A stretch of DNA of 64,000 nt from positions 584,479 to 648,478 of the forward strand of contig CAVRPA010000008.1 of the NCBI GenBank assembly GCA_963723005.1, in the 5' to 3' direction. The translations under genes were made by a program, and so were the position numbers. The notes beneath the pieces are model-generated. The model saw only the letters and a program-made list of their open reading frames with translations, did no database searches and was not told the origin of the DNA. The stretch comes from an uncultured Acidobacteriota bacterium. Its GTDB lineage: Bacteria; Acidobacteriota; Vicinamibacteria; Vicinamibacterales; UBA2999. Within the stretch, counting starts at the first letter, position 1. Every line of letters begins with the position of its first letter. This document shows, one piece after another, positions 20,429 through 30,988 of the stretch.

Positions 20429-20565
20429 GGTCTTAGGTCTTAGGTCTTAGGGTCTTGGGGCTTGGGGCTTGGGGCTTGGGGCTCGGGGCTTGGGGCTTGA
20501 GGCTCGAGACTTGCGGCCGTCTGCCGACTGCCGTTTTGCCTTCTGCCTTTAGCCTTTTGCCTTCC
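20429..20565 (-). repeat. array of about 19 phased heptads filling the whole spacer upstream of the selenoprotein gene
   Basis: Plus strand reads (GGTCTTA)x3, GGGTCTT, (GGGGCTT)x5 plus one GGGGCTC, GAGGCTC, GAGACTT, then TnTGCCn units. On the gene (minus) strand the order is AAGGCAA-type > AAGCCCC > AAGACCC > TAAGACC > start codon. Confidence 0.85.
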
Positions 20566-21683
20566 TACTGACTTTTCCCCCTGGCCGCAATCGGCCACAC
20601 GGCTTCGACCACATTACCGCGAAGCGCGTGAATCTGATCGTACAGGTTGACCGTGGGATCGCAGTGCGGCGGCACGAACTCGAGGCGGTCGCCGACCCTG
20701 ACGTCGCGGTCGACGTTGGTGAGGTCGAGCCGGCCGTGTTCGTCGCCGGCCCACGAATAGACCGCGCCGGGCAGGTCCACGGCGACGGGGGTGAACGGCC
20801 GGTCGGTGGCGAACGCCTTGTACCCGGCGTCCACAATCGCCAGTCCCGGGCGGCGGGAGATGACGGTCGCCACCACGGTGAGCGCCTGCTCGAAGTCGCG
20901 GTAGTCGGTGTTGTCCGGCCCGCCGATCTGGCCGTACTCCATGTCCATGAAGATGAAGCTGCCCGGCTGGATCTCGGTGACGCCGTCGATCTCGGCGTCG
21001 ATCCGGTAGGTGCCCGTCGATCCTCCCGTGACCAGCGGACAGTCGATGCCGGCGCGCTCGATCATCCGCCGGGTCTCCACCGCCTGCTTCATGCTGCCGC
21101 TGGTGCGCGTCCGGCGCGCGTCGAACGGCGCCGTGTGCGCGGCCGCCCCGTCGTAGGACTGCAGGCCGACGAACCGCACGCGCGGCTGGCGGGTGATGAA
21201 GCGCGTCAGGTCCAGGGCCGGCGCTCCGGGCGAAATGCCGGTGCGGCCGAAGTGCAGGTCCACGGCCAGGTTCACCTCGACGCCGGGAAACCGGCCGGCG
21301 GCGTCGCTCAGCTCGCGCACGTTCTGCTCGGATTCGACGATGAAGATCGTGTCGGGCGCGATCCGGGCCAGCTCCAGGGCCCGCTCGATCTTCCCCGCGC
21401 CAACCACCGCCGTCGTGATCAGCAGTCCCCGGATGCCGTGCGCCGCGAACACCTCCGCCTCGCTCAGGCGGGCGGTGCAGACGCCCACGGCTCCCGCCGC
21501 GATCAGGCGCCGGGCGATTTCCGGGCACTTGTGCGTCTTGCCATGGGGCCGGAACGCCTTGCCCCGCTCTCGCAGGAACCCCGTCATACGGGTGACATTG
21601 GCTTCGAACCGGTCCAGGTCCAGCAGCAGGGCAGGGGTGGGCACATTCGTCGCGGAACCGCATGGGCGCGGGCATGCTAGCAC
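20565..21683 (-). CDS. DSD1-family PLP-dependent enzyme (alanine-racemase-fold D-serine/D-threo-3-hydroxyaspartate dehydratase or D-threonine aldolase-like)
   Basis: '[13 protein letters not shown]...[15 protein letters not shown]' carries the PLP-lysine context. C-terminal 'EHGRLDL...[19 protein letters not shown]' is present. Confidence 0.75.
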   Translation of the reverse strand: MLACPRPCGSATNVPTPALLLDLDRFEANVTRMTGFLRERGKAFRPHGKTHKCPEIARRLIAAGAVGVCTARLSEAEVFAAHGIRGLLITTAVVGAGKIERALELARIAPDTIFIVESEQNVRELSDAAGRFPGVEVNLAVDLHFGRTGISPGAPALDLTRFITRQPRVRFVGLQSYDGAAAHTAPFDARRTRTSGSMKQAVETRRMIERAGIDCPLVTGGSTGTYRIDAEIDGVTEIQPGSFIFMDMEYGQIGGPDNTDYRDFEQALTVVATVISRRPGLAIVDAGYKAFATDRPFTPVAVDLPGAVYSWAGDEHGRLDLTNVDRDVRVGDRLEFVPPHCDPTVNLYDQIHALRGNVVEAVWPIAARGKSQ

Positions 21684-21700
21684 TACTTCCGGGGAGCGGC

Positions 21701-23539
<1,839 letters not shown>

Positions 23540-23658
23540 GAAATCAGGGATCAGGGATCAGGGATCAGGGATCAGGGATCAGGAGCTCAAGCCCCAAGCC
23601 CCAAGCCCCAAGCCCCAAGCCCCAAGCCCCAAGCCCCAAGCCCCAAGCCTCAAGACCC
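23540..23658 (+). repeat. 17 phased heptads filling the lepA-lepB spacer: GAAATCA, (GGGATCA)x5, GGAGCTC, (AAGCCCC)x8, AAGCCTC, AAGACCC
   Basis: Counted base by base from the lepA stop (23537-23539) to 2 nt before the lepB ATG (23661). Confidence 0.9.
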
Positions 23659-23660
23659 CT

Positions 23661-24281
23661 ATGGCCGAGACGACGTTTCGAAAATCCACCGCCCGGGAGT
23701 ACTTCGAGTCCCTCGTCGTCGCGGTGATCCTGGCGCTGTTCGTCCGCACTTTCGGGTTCCAGGCCTTCAAGATTCCAACCGGGTCGATGGAGCCGAACCT
23801 GCTCGTCGGCGATCACCTGCTCGTCAACAAGTTCATCTTCGGGCCGGCCACCTCCGGGCTCGAGCGCACGCTGCTGCCAATGCGGCAGGTGGAGCGCGGC
23901 GAAGTGCTGGTCTTCAAGTTTCCCGAGGAGCCCGAGCGCGACTTCATCAAGCGGGTGATCGGGTTGCCCGGCGAGACGCTGGAGTACAAGGACCAGCGCG
24001 TGTTCATCAACGGCATGCCGCTGATCGAGCCCTACGCGCACTATCAGCTGCCGGCAACGGGTGAAGGCAACAGCAGCGACCCTCGCGTCCGCTACGGTCC
24101 GGTGACCATCCCCGCCGACCACTACTTCATGATGGGCGACAATCGCGACGACTCGCAGGACAGCCGTTACTGGGGCTTCCTGCCGGCCAGCTACGTCAAG
24201 GGCCGCGCGCTCTTCATCTACTGGTCGTTCGGCGGGCCGCAGGGCACACGGTTCGATCGCCTGCTGCACCAGATCCACTAA
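23661..24281 (+). CDS. lepB: signal peptidase I
   Basis: 'FKIPTGSMEPNLLVGD' (Ser box), 'DFIKRVIGLPGE' (Lys box) and 'GDNRDDSQDSRYWG'. ATG at 23661, since the upstream part of ORF 23526..24281 is the repeat array. Confidence 0.9.
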   Translation: MAETTFRKSTAREYFESLVVAVILALFVRTFGFQAFKIPTGSMEPNLLVGDHLLVNKFIFGPATSGLERTLLPMRQVERGEVLVFKFPEEPERDFIKRVIGLPGETLEYKDQRVFINGMPLIEPYAHYQLPATGEGNSSDPRVRYGPVTIPADHYFMMGDNRDDSQDSRYWGFLPASYVKGRALFIYWSFGGPQGTRFDRLLHQIH

Positions 24282-25312
24282 CCTCGACTGCGCCCGATGA
24301 GCAGCAGTACCACCGAACGCCAGAGATCCGCTGAGCGCTGCGGTCACGTACGAGCGGGCGAGCCATGACGTGCGGCCGAGCGCCAGAGCGAAGGTGGCGA
24401 CCAACGGCACCCAGAGGCCATCCACGCCTTGATAGGTGCTCCCGATGATGCCGACCCGGACTACGGGCTGCTTCCTCGCACCGAACAATTCTGGCAGGTG
24501 GAGCCGAGCGAGCGCGCTCAGGCGAGTGGGGATACCGGCCGGGTCCCAGCAGAACCGCTGTTGGACCTCGGCGGCGTGAGTCGGCACACCAGCTTCGAGG
24601 TAGCTCGTGCCCGGTCCACGGGCTGAGGCGTACGGCACCAGCACCTGCACGCCCTGCCACACGCCGATCGCGACCAGCCCCGCGAGAGCCAGTCCGCGCA
24701 GGCGTTCGATCGAGAACAAGCGGTGCGTCCACGCCTCCACGGCGATCAGGGCCACCAGACCATAGAACGTGAACTCGCGGTTGAGCACCCCCACGCCCAG
24801 TACCAGCCGAGCCACAACGGCCGGTCGCGCAGGAACCAGATCAGCAGGACATAGATGAAGGGCTCGATGTTGCAGCCGTTGGCCTGCACCAGCCGGCTGG
24901 CAGCGGACGGCGGCGGCAGAATGAAGAACAGCGCGGCGAGCCCGGCGTGCCACGGGCGAAGTCCCACGAACCGCTCAAGGCCGGCCAGCAGCAGGATGAC
25001 CGCTGCCACGTTCAGGAGCAGAATCGGCAGCTTGAGAGTGGCTACCGACACGCCCCCGATCAGGAAGAAGGGCGCGACCAGCCATGACTCCACGCCGAGC
25101 AGATACTGCTGTCCGTAGAAGAACAACGGGAAGGCGCGGCCCTCGAGCAGATGTTTCGCCATGAGGCCGACGATCGCCTGGTCGGCGTCGAAATGAGACT
25201 GCTCCCAGCCGACGAAGACGATGGCGCGGAAGGCGATCAGCGTGGTTGCGAGTGCGATCACGGCGGCCCGCTCCCGCGCTCTCGGCGTCGTGGTCGCGGC
25301 GTCGGTGCCCAT
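24278..25312 (-). pseudogene. polytopic GT-C/ArnT-like membrane glycosyltransferase-like protein, frame-disrupted; 3' end uncertain
   Basis: ORF 24746..25312 ('DADQAIVGLMAKHLLEGRAFPLFFYGQQYLLGVESW') continues colinearly in the frame of ORF 23565..24953 after a G-run near 24780. A third frame gives a plausible C-terminus 'VVLLLIGRSRG*' ending at 24278-24280. Confidence 0.45.
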
Positions 25313-25319
25313 CGGGCGC

Positions 25320-25330
25320 TATACTATACT
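25320..25330. promoter_or_regulatory. TATACTATACT element, candidate shared -10 region for two divergent leaderless transcripts
   Basis: The intergenic region is only 26 nt (25313-25338). TATACT ends 8 nt before the plus-strand ATG at 25339. TATAGT/TAGTAT on the other strand lies 8-10 nt before the minus-strand ATG at 25312. Neither side has a Shine-Dalgarno sequence. Confidence 0.45.
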
Positions 25331-25338
25331 GGCGCTCG

Positions 25339-26964
25339 ATGGCGCCGGCGCGTTCGAGGGCAGCAAGCGTCGGGGTCGGCGTCGGTGTCGCGGCGCTGGC
25401 CATTTACGTCGTGAGCCTCGCGCCCGAGTTGGCGCCCCGAGGCGGCCTCGAAAGCGACAGGCCGTTCCAGGCCACCGATCCCGTGTGGCTCCAGCAGGTG
25501 CTGTCGTTTGCCGGCAGTGCGGAGAGCTGGTGGCCCTCGGGTGCCCTGGCCAAGGCCTGGACCTCGTTGCCGGGCTCATCGAACTTCAACTTCGCATCTG
25601 CGGCACTGGCGGCGAGTGCGGCGGCGCTGCTTACGCGGCTGATCACCGGCATGAGCTCGACACTGATGGCCGTAGCGGCCGGCCTCGGCTTTGCGCTGTC
25701 ACCTTCCGTGTGGGCTGTTGCCGTGGCCGCCGAGGGCAGCGTCGGCGCCTTGCTCATTGCCGTCGCGGTCCTTACCTCGCTGCTGTGTCTGAACGAATGG
25801 CAGCGCTCCGGGCGCGCTGCCGCACTGCTGGGTGTCGGTGGCGCCCTGATGGTGGCGGCTTGCGAAGACGTCACTGCGGCCATCGTCGCTGCACCGATGC
25901 TGATGTACGCCGCGCCCCACACGAGGCCGTTCCGACGATGGTGGATGCTGGCGATGGTGGGCGGCGTTGGTTTCGCGGCGGTGTACCAGTGGTGGCAGCT
26001 GCGCGCCTTGCTCGGTGCGACCGCCGTTGATGGAGGGGTGCTGCCAGACGTCGGCCGCGCCTGGGTCGAGGTCTGGCGATGGGGTTTCCCGTCCGAGCAA
26101 TCCGTGGCGGCCATCGGCGGCGCTCGCGCGCGAGCTCTCACGTCGGCAGTGACCGAGAACCTGGGACTCTTTGGCATCTTGGTGGCCGCACTTGGGCTGC
26201 GTTGGCACCTATCGACCCTGGCGATCCTCGCGCTCTGCGCGGGCGCGGCACTCGGGCCGCTGGGAGCACCTTGGGACCCGACGACCCGCAGCGTGCTGCT
26301 GCTGACACCGCTCTGGTACCTCATTGCCATGGGGATCGCGCGCGTGGCGTCGTGGACCAGCGCGGGAGGGCGTCCGGTGGCCCTCGCGCTGTGCGGCTTG
26401 TTGCCGGCCCTCCAGATCCTGCGGCTGGGCGCCGAGCCCCACACTCTGGTCGATCGGCCGGCCGGCGGGATGCTCGGAGCGTTTGCCTTGGCGCCGACTG
26501 GGCCCGCGGACCTCATTGCGGACCGCGCTCGCGTTGCCCGTCTGCTGATCCTCAGCAATCGCCGGCGTCCCACGAGCGCTCGATGGGAGCTGGCGCCGCA
26601 GGACCCCGTGCGTCTCGCGCAGGCGATCGAACTGGGCCGGACGATCGTGGCGACGGGGCCGGCGGCCGACCGGCTATCGCTCTCGGGACTGACCGGCGAG
26701 ACGAGGTCAGTCAGAGGGCGGACCCTGAGCGAGGTGCTGGCGTCAACGGATTCGCGGGCGCTGGTTGGCGTCGTGGCGACTCCTGGTGCTTTCGCAGAAC
26801 AGCCTGCGGCAGCCAATCGTCTGGCGGAGCTCGTTGGAGAACGGCGGGCGGCGACGCCGCTGCCCGAAGGCGCATTCGGGTTGCTCGCACGTCGATCCGG
26901 GTTCACGTCGCAGCTGGTCACAGCCGCGTTCGCGTCGAGTCGCCGGCGCGGACCTGGCTTCTGA
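25339..26964 (+). CDS. hypothetical polytopic membrane protein with soluble C-terminal region
   Basis: Many Ala/Leu/Gly-rich TM segments over the first roughly 370 residues. No motif I can name. ATG at 25339 within ORF 25246..26964. Confidence 0.5.
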   Translation: MAPARSRAASVGVGVGVAALAIYVVSLAPELAPRGGLESDRPFQATDPVWLQQVLSFAGSAESWWPSGALAKAWTSLPGSSNFNFASAALAASAAALLTRLITGMSSTLMAVAAGLGFALSPSVWAVAVAAEGSVGALLIAVAVLTSLLCLNEWQRSGRAAALLGVGGALMVAACEDVTAAIVAAPMLMYAAPHTRPFRRWWMLAMVGGVGFAAVYQWWQLRALLGATAVDGGVLPDVGRAWVEVWRWGFPSEQSVAAIGGARARALTSAVTENLGLFGILVAALGLRWHLSTLAILALCAGAALGPLGAPWDPTTRSVLLLTPLWYLIAMGIARVASWTSAGGRPVALALCGLLPALQILRLGAEPHTLVDRPAGGMLGAFALAPTGPADLIADRARVARLLILSNRRRPTSARWELAPQDPVRLAQAIELGRTIVATGPAADRLSLSGLTGETRSVRGRTLSEVLASTDSRALVGVVATPGAFAEQPAAANRLAELVGERRAATPLPEGAFGLLARRSGFTSQLVTAAFASSRRRGPGF

Positions 26965-26977
26965 CGTCCCGCCGTCG

Positions 26978-28042
26978 TTGGATCCGGGTGCGGGGGTCCG
27001 GCTGGTCGCCGATCCTTCCGGTGCGAGGGTTGAACTCGGCGCCCGGGAACTGGCGCAGGTGGATGGCGGGGCCATCGTGGTCACATGGTCGCCGGTGAGC
27101 GGCGACGTCTCTTGGTCAGTCCTCGACCGCCGCGCCGGCCTGACCGCATCGTGGGAGCACGCTGGTTGGCGCTTTTCACGCCTCGGCCCGCAGCGGGCGT
27201 GTGTGACGGCCACCAGCGGCCAGTGGGCTGACATCACGAACAGCACGAGGGCGGCTCGGATCGGCGTCCAGTTGGCGCGTGGCCAGCGGCTCCGGCTCTA
27301 CCTGGCCCGGGATCGCGGCCTCTTCGTTCGCGCCGCAGCCTTTCCGGATCGTCATCCTCCTGAAGTCGCAGTCTTGCGCTGGGACCGCGAGAATCCTGAA
27401 CAGGAACGCTCGGCAGTCGCGGCACTTGACGCTGCCGGGGCGCGACTGCGCACGGCTGCGGCGACCGCGCGCTTCATCTGGCAGGTGACAATCACGGCAT
27501 CTCCGTCCGAGGACGGCCTGTTCGCGGTCGGTCTGGGCGGTACCCCCGATTGGGCGCAAGCACGGGTCGAGTCCCCTGCCGGCGAGTCCGCCGTCATTTG
27601 CCCTGGGGTCGCCGGTGCGCAGCTGTTCGCCCGCGACGACATTCGAGAGGACGTGATCTCGCTGACCGACGGCGACAGCTTCGGTGCCGGGTGGCTGGAG
27701 ATGGAGCGTGAAGGCGGCCAGCGTTGGCGGCAGACGCGCAACGGCGAAAGCGATCTGTTCGTCCGGCTGGATGTGGCTCGAACCCTGACGATGACGGTCA
27801 CAACCAGGCCTGGCGCGCCTCCGAATACGGCGGGCCGCATCGGCTTGCGCGTGAACGGAGCACTGCTCGACTTTCGCGACCTGCAAGGCGGCGGCAACGA
27901 CTACACATGGACGGTGCCCGAGAGTCAGTGGCGGGCGGGAACGAATCGTCTGGTCCTCGTCACGACGCCGATCGACTCCTCGCAGGGTAATGAAGTCGTG
28001 TCGCCGGTTCTCCACGTCACCAGCCTGCGTTTTCGACGCTGA
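26978..28042 (+). CDS. hypothetical protein; either a separate TTG-initiated gene or a frame-shifted continuation of the preceding membrane protein
   Basis: ORF 26765..28042 overlaps the end of 25339..26964 in another frame. Coding-looking sequence starts about 'LDPGAGVRLVADPSGARVELG'. No recognisable domain. Confidence 0.4.
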   Translation: MDPGAGVRLVADPSGARVELGARELAQVDGGAIVVTWSPVSGDVSWSVLDRRAGLTASWEHAGWRFSRLGPQRACVTATSGQWADITNSTRAARIGVQLARGQRLRLYLARDRGLFVRAAAFPDRHPPEVAVLRWDRENPEQERSAVAALDAAGARLRTAAATARFIWQVTITASPSEDGLFAVGLGGTPDWAQARVESPAGESAVICPGVAGAQLFARDDIREDVISLTDGDSFGAGWLEMEREGGQRWRQTRNGESDLFVRLDVARTLTMTVTTRPGAPPNTAGRIGLRVNGALLDFRDLQGGGNDYTWTVPESQWRAGTNRLVLVTTPIDSSQGNEVVSPVLHVTSLRFRR

Positions 28043-28138
28043 CCTCGACGGTCGCCGCCGGCCCGTCGTACCGATCAAGCGCCAGTGTGACCGCGCCCAC
28101 CGCCAGCGAGGCCGTCTGGACACCGTTAGCGTCGATTC

Positions 28139-29323
28139 TTACGGAGCGATCCAGTCCGTGAGCGCGACCAGGCGCCCGCCCTGCATCTCGCAGATGAAAC
28201 CGGCCCGCTGGGCGTGGTGATTCGTCGCCGAGAAGCTCACGTTCGGCAACACTCCGCCGGCGTCCCAGTTGACGATACCCTCCATCGCGTCGATGAATCG
28301 CTCGCGCGTCAGCGTCTTCCCCGCGCGCTCGACGCCTTCCACGACCAGCCGGCCGAAGGTGTAGCCGTAAAGCGTATAGCGATCGACCTGACGGCCTGGG
28401 TAGGTGCGCGCGAGGGCAGACCGGTAACGCTCGACGCCAGGCGCCTGGCTCCGTTCCGGATCCGGGTAATGGCAGAAACCAAGCGTCCCATCGGCGCTGC
28501 CGCCGGGCACCGTCAGCGAGGCCTCGTCGGTGAGCGGGCCGGCCGACACCATCCGTCCGCGCCAGCCGGCGCGCGCTCGCGCCGCCATCAGGGCCTGCGC
28601 CTGTTCGGGATAGATGGCCATCACGATCGCATCGGGGCGGGTCGCCACCAGCGCCGCGAACTCCGAAGACAGGTCCGTGGGCTTGCGCGCGGTGATCGGC
28701 ACCGCGCCGGCGACCTCGTACCCGAACTCGCTCGCATGCGCGGTCAGGCGATCACGGAAGGTCAGCCCGTAGGCGTTGGGATCGTGCGCGATCGCAAGCC
28801 GCGTGAGCTTGCGGTCCTTCGACAGGTAGCGGAACATCACCGCCGCCTCGCCCTCGAAGCGCGGGAACGACGTGAAGAGGTAACGCTCGCCCTCGGAGGA
28901 CACCAGCGCGGTGTGCGGGAACATCACCGGCACCCGCTGAGACCGCGCGTAGGCCGCGATGTCGCCGATCGCCGGACCGCTGAAGTTGACCAGGGCAAAG
29001 ACGTGGTCGTCGTCGATCATCTGGCGCGCCACGGCCAGCACGTCGGCGGGCTCGCCGCTCTTCCGCCGTCGATCGGCCCACACGAATCGCCGGCCATGAA
29101 CGCCGCCGCGTGCGTTCGCCTCCTCGAATGCCAGCCGGAACCCCTGGTTCTCGCCGTCCAGCGACAGCGAGCCGACACCTGCTTCGACGCCGATTGCGAT
29201 TGTGGTATCGGTGATTCCCTCGGGCGACGGCTGTTCGGCGGCCGTTCCCGCGAGCGCGGTGACGCCGAGAAGGAGCGCCCAGAGCGTGCGGCGCGAGAGC
29301 AGCGGGCTGTGCATGACGACCAC
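28139..29323 (-). CDS. ABC transporter substrate-binding protein (type I periplasmic binding fold, LivK/branched-chain amino acid-like)
   Basis: Signal peptide 'LLSRRTLWALLLGVTALAGTAAEQ'. Overall pattern 'IAIGVEAG...FEEANARGGVHGRRF...DDHVFALVNFSGP'. Confidence 0.75.
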   Translation of the reverse strand: MVVMHSPLLSRRTLWALLLGVTALAGTAAEQPSPEGITDTTIAIGVEAGVGSLSLDGENQGFRLAFEEANARGGVHGRRFVWADRRRKSGEPADVLAVARQMIDDDHVFALVNFSGPAIGDIAAYARSQRVPVMFPHTALVSSEGERYLFTSFPRFEGEAAVMFRYLSKDRKLTRLAIAHDPNAYGLTFRDRLTAHASEFGYEVAGAVPITARKPTDLSSEFAALVATRPDAIVMAIYPEQAQALMAARARAGWRGRMVSAGPLTDEASLTVPGGSADGTLGFCHYPDPERSQAPGVERYRSALARTYPGRQVDRYTLYGYTFGRLVVEGVERAGKTLTRERFIDAMEGIVNWDAGGVLPNVSFSATNHHAQRAGFICEMQGGRLVALTDWIAP

Positions 29324-29415
29324 GGCGCCATTCTACTGGAGCGTATCGACGATGACTGTGGTGGCCAGGTCTCCCACCAGGCGCGCTTTCCGCAGCCAGA
29401 GTCCGTCAGGTTGCG

Positions 29416-30399
29416 TCAGCGCTCCGCCTTCTCCTGGATGACCGGTCCGGTCCGATGGCGCGTCGGCGGCAACGACCGCAAGTAGCGGTAGATGGCGCGC
29501 AGATCCTCGTCGGTCAGCCGCGCGAACGCCCCCCACGGCATCGGTGTACCCGCAACCGTGGGACCGCTGCGGAAGCGCGCGACGAACGCGTCCTCGGTCC
29601 AGTTGCCGATGACGCTGGTGTCGGCATCCGGCGTGAGATTCGGCGGCACGAAGACCTTGGTGTCGTCAAAGGCGACATCCATCCGCTGGCCGCCGCCGAA
29701 GGCCGGCCCCACCAGGGCGCCGTCCGGTCCGCGGTCGGTGTGGCACGACGCACACGACGACACATGATTCGCCAGATATGCGCCGCGCTCGACGGTCGCG
29801 CCGCGCGGGCTCGTCGTGGGCGCCGCCTTCGCGGGCTGGGTCGGCGACACCGCGAATGCCATCAGCGTCTTGCCGAACATCGTCAGCCGGTGCTCGGGCA
29901 CCTGGTGCGAGACCGCCGGCCGCGATCGCAGGTACGAAGCGACCGCCGACAGATCCTCGTCGGTGAGCTGGAACTCCATCAGCGGGAATGCGGCGCGACC
30001 GTCCGCACGCACGCCGAAGCGCAACACGCGCGCCAGTTCCGCGTCGCTCCGCCCGCCGATGCCGGTGCCGTTGTCGGGGGTCAGGTTCGGCGAGTAGAAA
30101 TCACCGAACGGCAGCCGGAACAGGTGATGCCCGGTGAGCGGCAGCCGCTCTCCCTTGTCCAGCCGATCCCATTCCTCGCGTGGCACGTGGCAGTAAGCGC
30201 ATGCCGCCGCGCTGTAGACCAGGTATTCACCGCGCGCCACGACGTCGGGGTCGTGGCTGGCCGCGATGGAGGGATAGGGTGCCTCGAATCGCCGCGTCCA
30301 TCGCCACTCGATCGCGGCGAGCGCTGCCACCACGAGCACCAGCCCGGTGACTGCCGCGCCGCCCCACACCCGCCGCCAATTCATCCGCTGTAGACTCAT
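29416..30399 (-). CDS. membrane-anchored dihaem c-type cytochrome
   Basis: Two CxxCH motifs (CAYCH, CASCH) and an N-terminal TM 'VWGGAAVTGLVLVVAALAAI'. Start at ATG 30399, or at 30384. Confidence 0.8.
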   Translation of the reverse strand: MSLQRMNWRRVWGGAAVTGLVLVVAALAAIEWRWTRRFEAPYPSIAASHDPDVVARGEYLVYSAAACAYCHVPREEWDRLDKGERLPLTGHHLFRLPFGDFYSPNLTPDNGTGIGGRSDAELARVLRFGVRADGRAAFPLMEFQLTDEDLSAVASYLRSRPAVSHQVPEHRLTMFGKTLMAFAVSPTQPAKAAPTTSPRGATVERGAYLANHVSSCASCHTDRGPDGALVGPAFGGGQRMDVAFDDTKVFVPPNLTPDADTSVIGNWTEDAFVARFRSGPTVAGTPMPWGAFARLTDEDLRAIYRYLRSLPPTRHRTGPVIQEKAER

Positions 30400-30988
30400 G
30401 ACCCTGTCTGCCTTCCCAGTTTTGCGTGCGTATCTCGAAGCTCGCGCCTCATTCACCGAGGACGAGATGGCATTCGTGCGCGACCGGTTCGATTCGACAA
30501 CGCTGGCCGCCGGCGCGTTCCTGCAGCGCGCAGGCGACGTGACCACGCACGCCGCCTTCGTGGCGACGGGGTGCCTGCGCAGCTACGTGATCGACGCGAA
30601 GGGCAAGGAGCACATCGTCCAGTTCGCCCCGGAGACCTGGTGGCTCGCCGACGGCACCAGCCTCACCAAGGGGACGCCGTCGCCCTACTTTTTCGATGCC
30701 ATCGAGGTGTCGGAACTGCTGCTGATCGACCCGCGCTCGCACCAGGAGCTCGTTGACCAGGTGCCTGGCTTTGCCGCCGCGTTCCGCAACGGCCTGCAGC
30801 GTCACAGCGCCGCGAAGGACCAGCGAATTGTGACGGCGTTGGCCGCGTCGGCCGAGGAGCGCTATCTCGAGTTCATGACGACCTACTCCTCGATCGCGCA
30901 ACGGGTGCCGCAATGGATGGTCGCGTCGTACCTCGGCGTCTCGCCCGAGACCGTCAGCCGCATCCGCAAGAGGTTGTCGCGGCGGTAG
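30398..30988 (+). CDS. Crp/Fnr-family transcriptional regulator
   Basis: cNMP-binding-like N-terminal domain and C-terminal HTH 'QRVPQWMVASYLGVSPETVSRIRKRL'. Confidence 0.85.
   Translation: MTLSAFPVLRAYLEARASFTEDEMAFVRDRFDSTTLAAGAFLQRAGDVTTHAAFVATGCLRSYVIDAKGKEHIVQFAPETWWLADGTSLTKGTPSPYFFDAIEVSELLLIDPRSHQELVDQVPGFAAAFRNGLQRHSAAKDQRIVTALAASAEERYLEFMTTYSSIAQRVPQWMVASYLGVSPETVSRIRKRLSRR

Noticed and set aside
20018-20443. ORF-track entries 20018..20443 (+) and 20032..20349 (-) covering the selenoprotein region
   Set aside because: Both translate to Arg/Ser/Pro/Gly-rich sequence without motifs. The third reading (minus strand, with UGA as Sec) gives a clean Rdx-family match with an RBS and a correct stop.
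20429-20565. Could the tandem repeats be a CRISPR array or a minisatellite mobile element?
   Set aside because: The unit length is 7 nt with no unique spacers. There are no cas genes, no terminal inverted repeats and no target-site duplications. It is not CRISPR or MITE-like.
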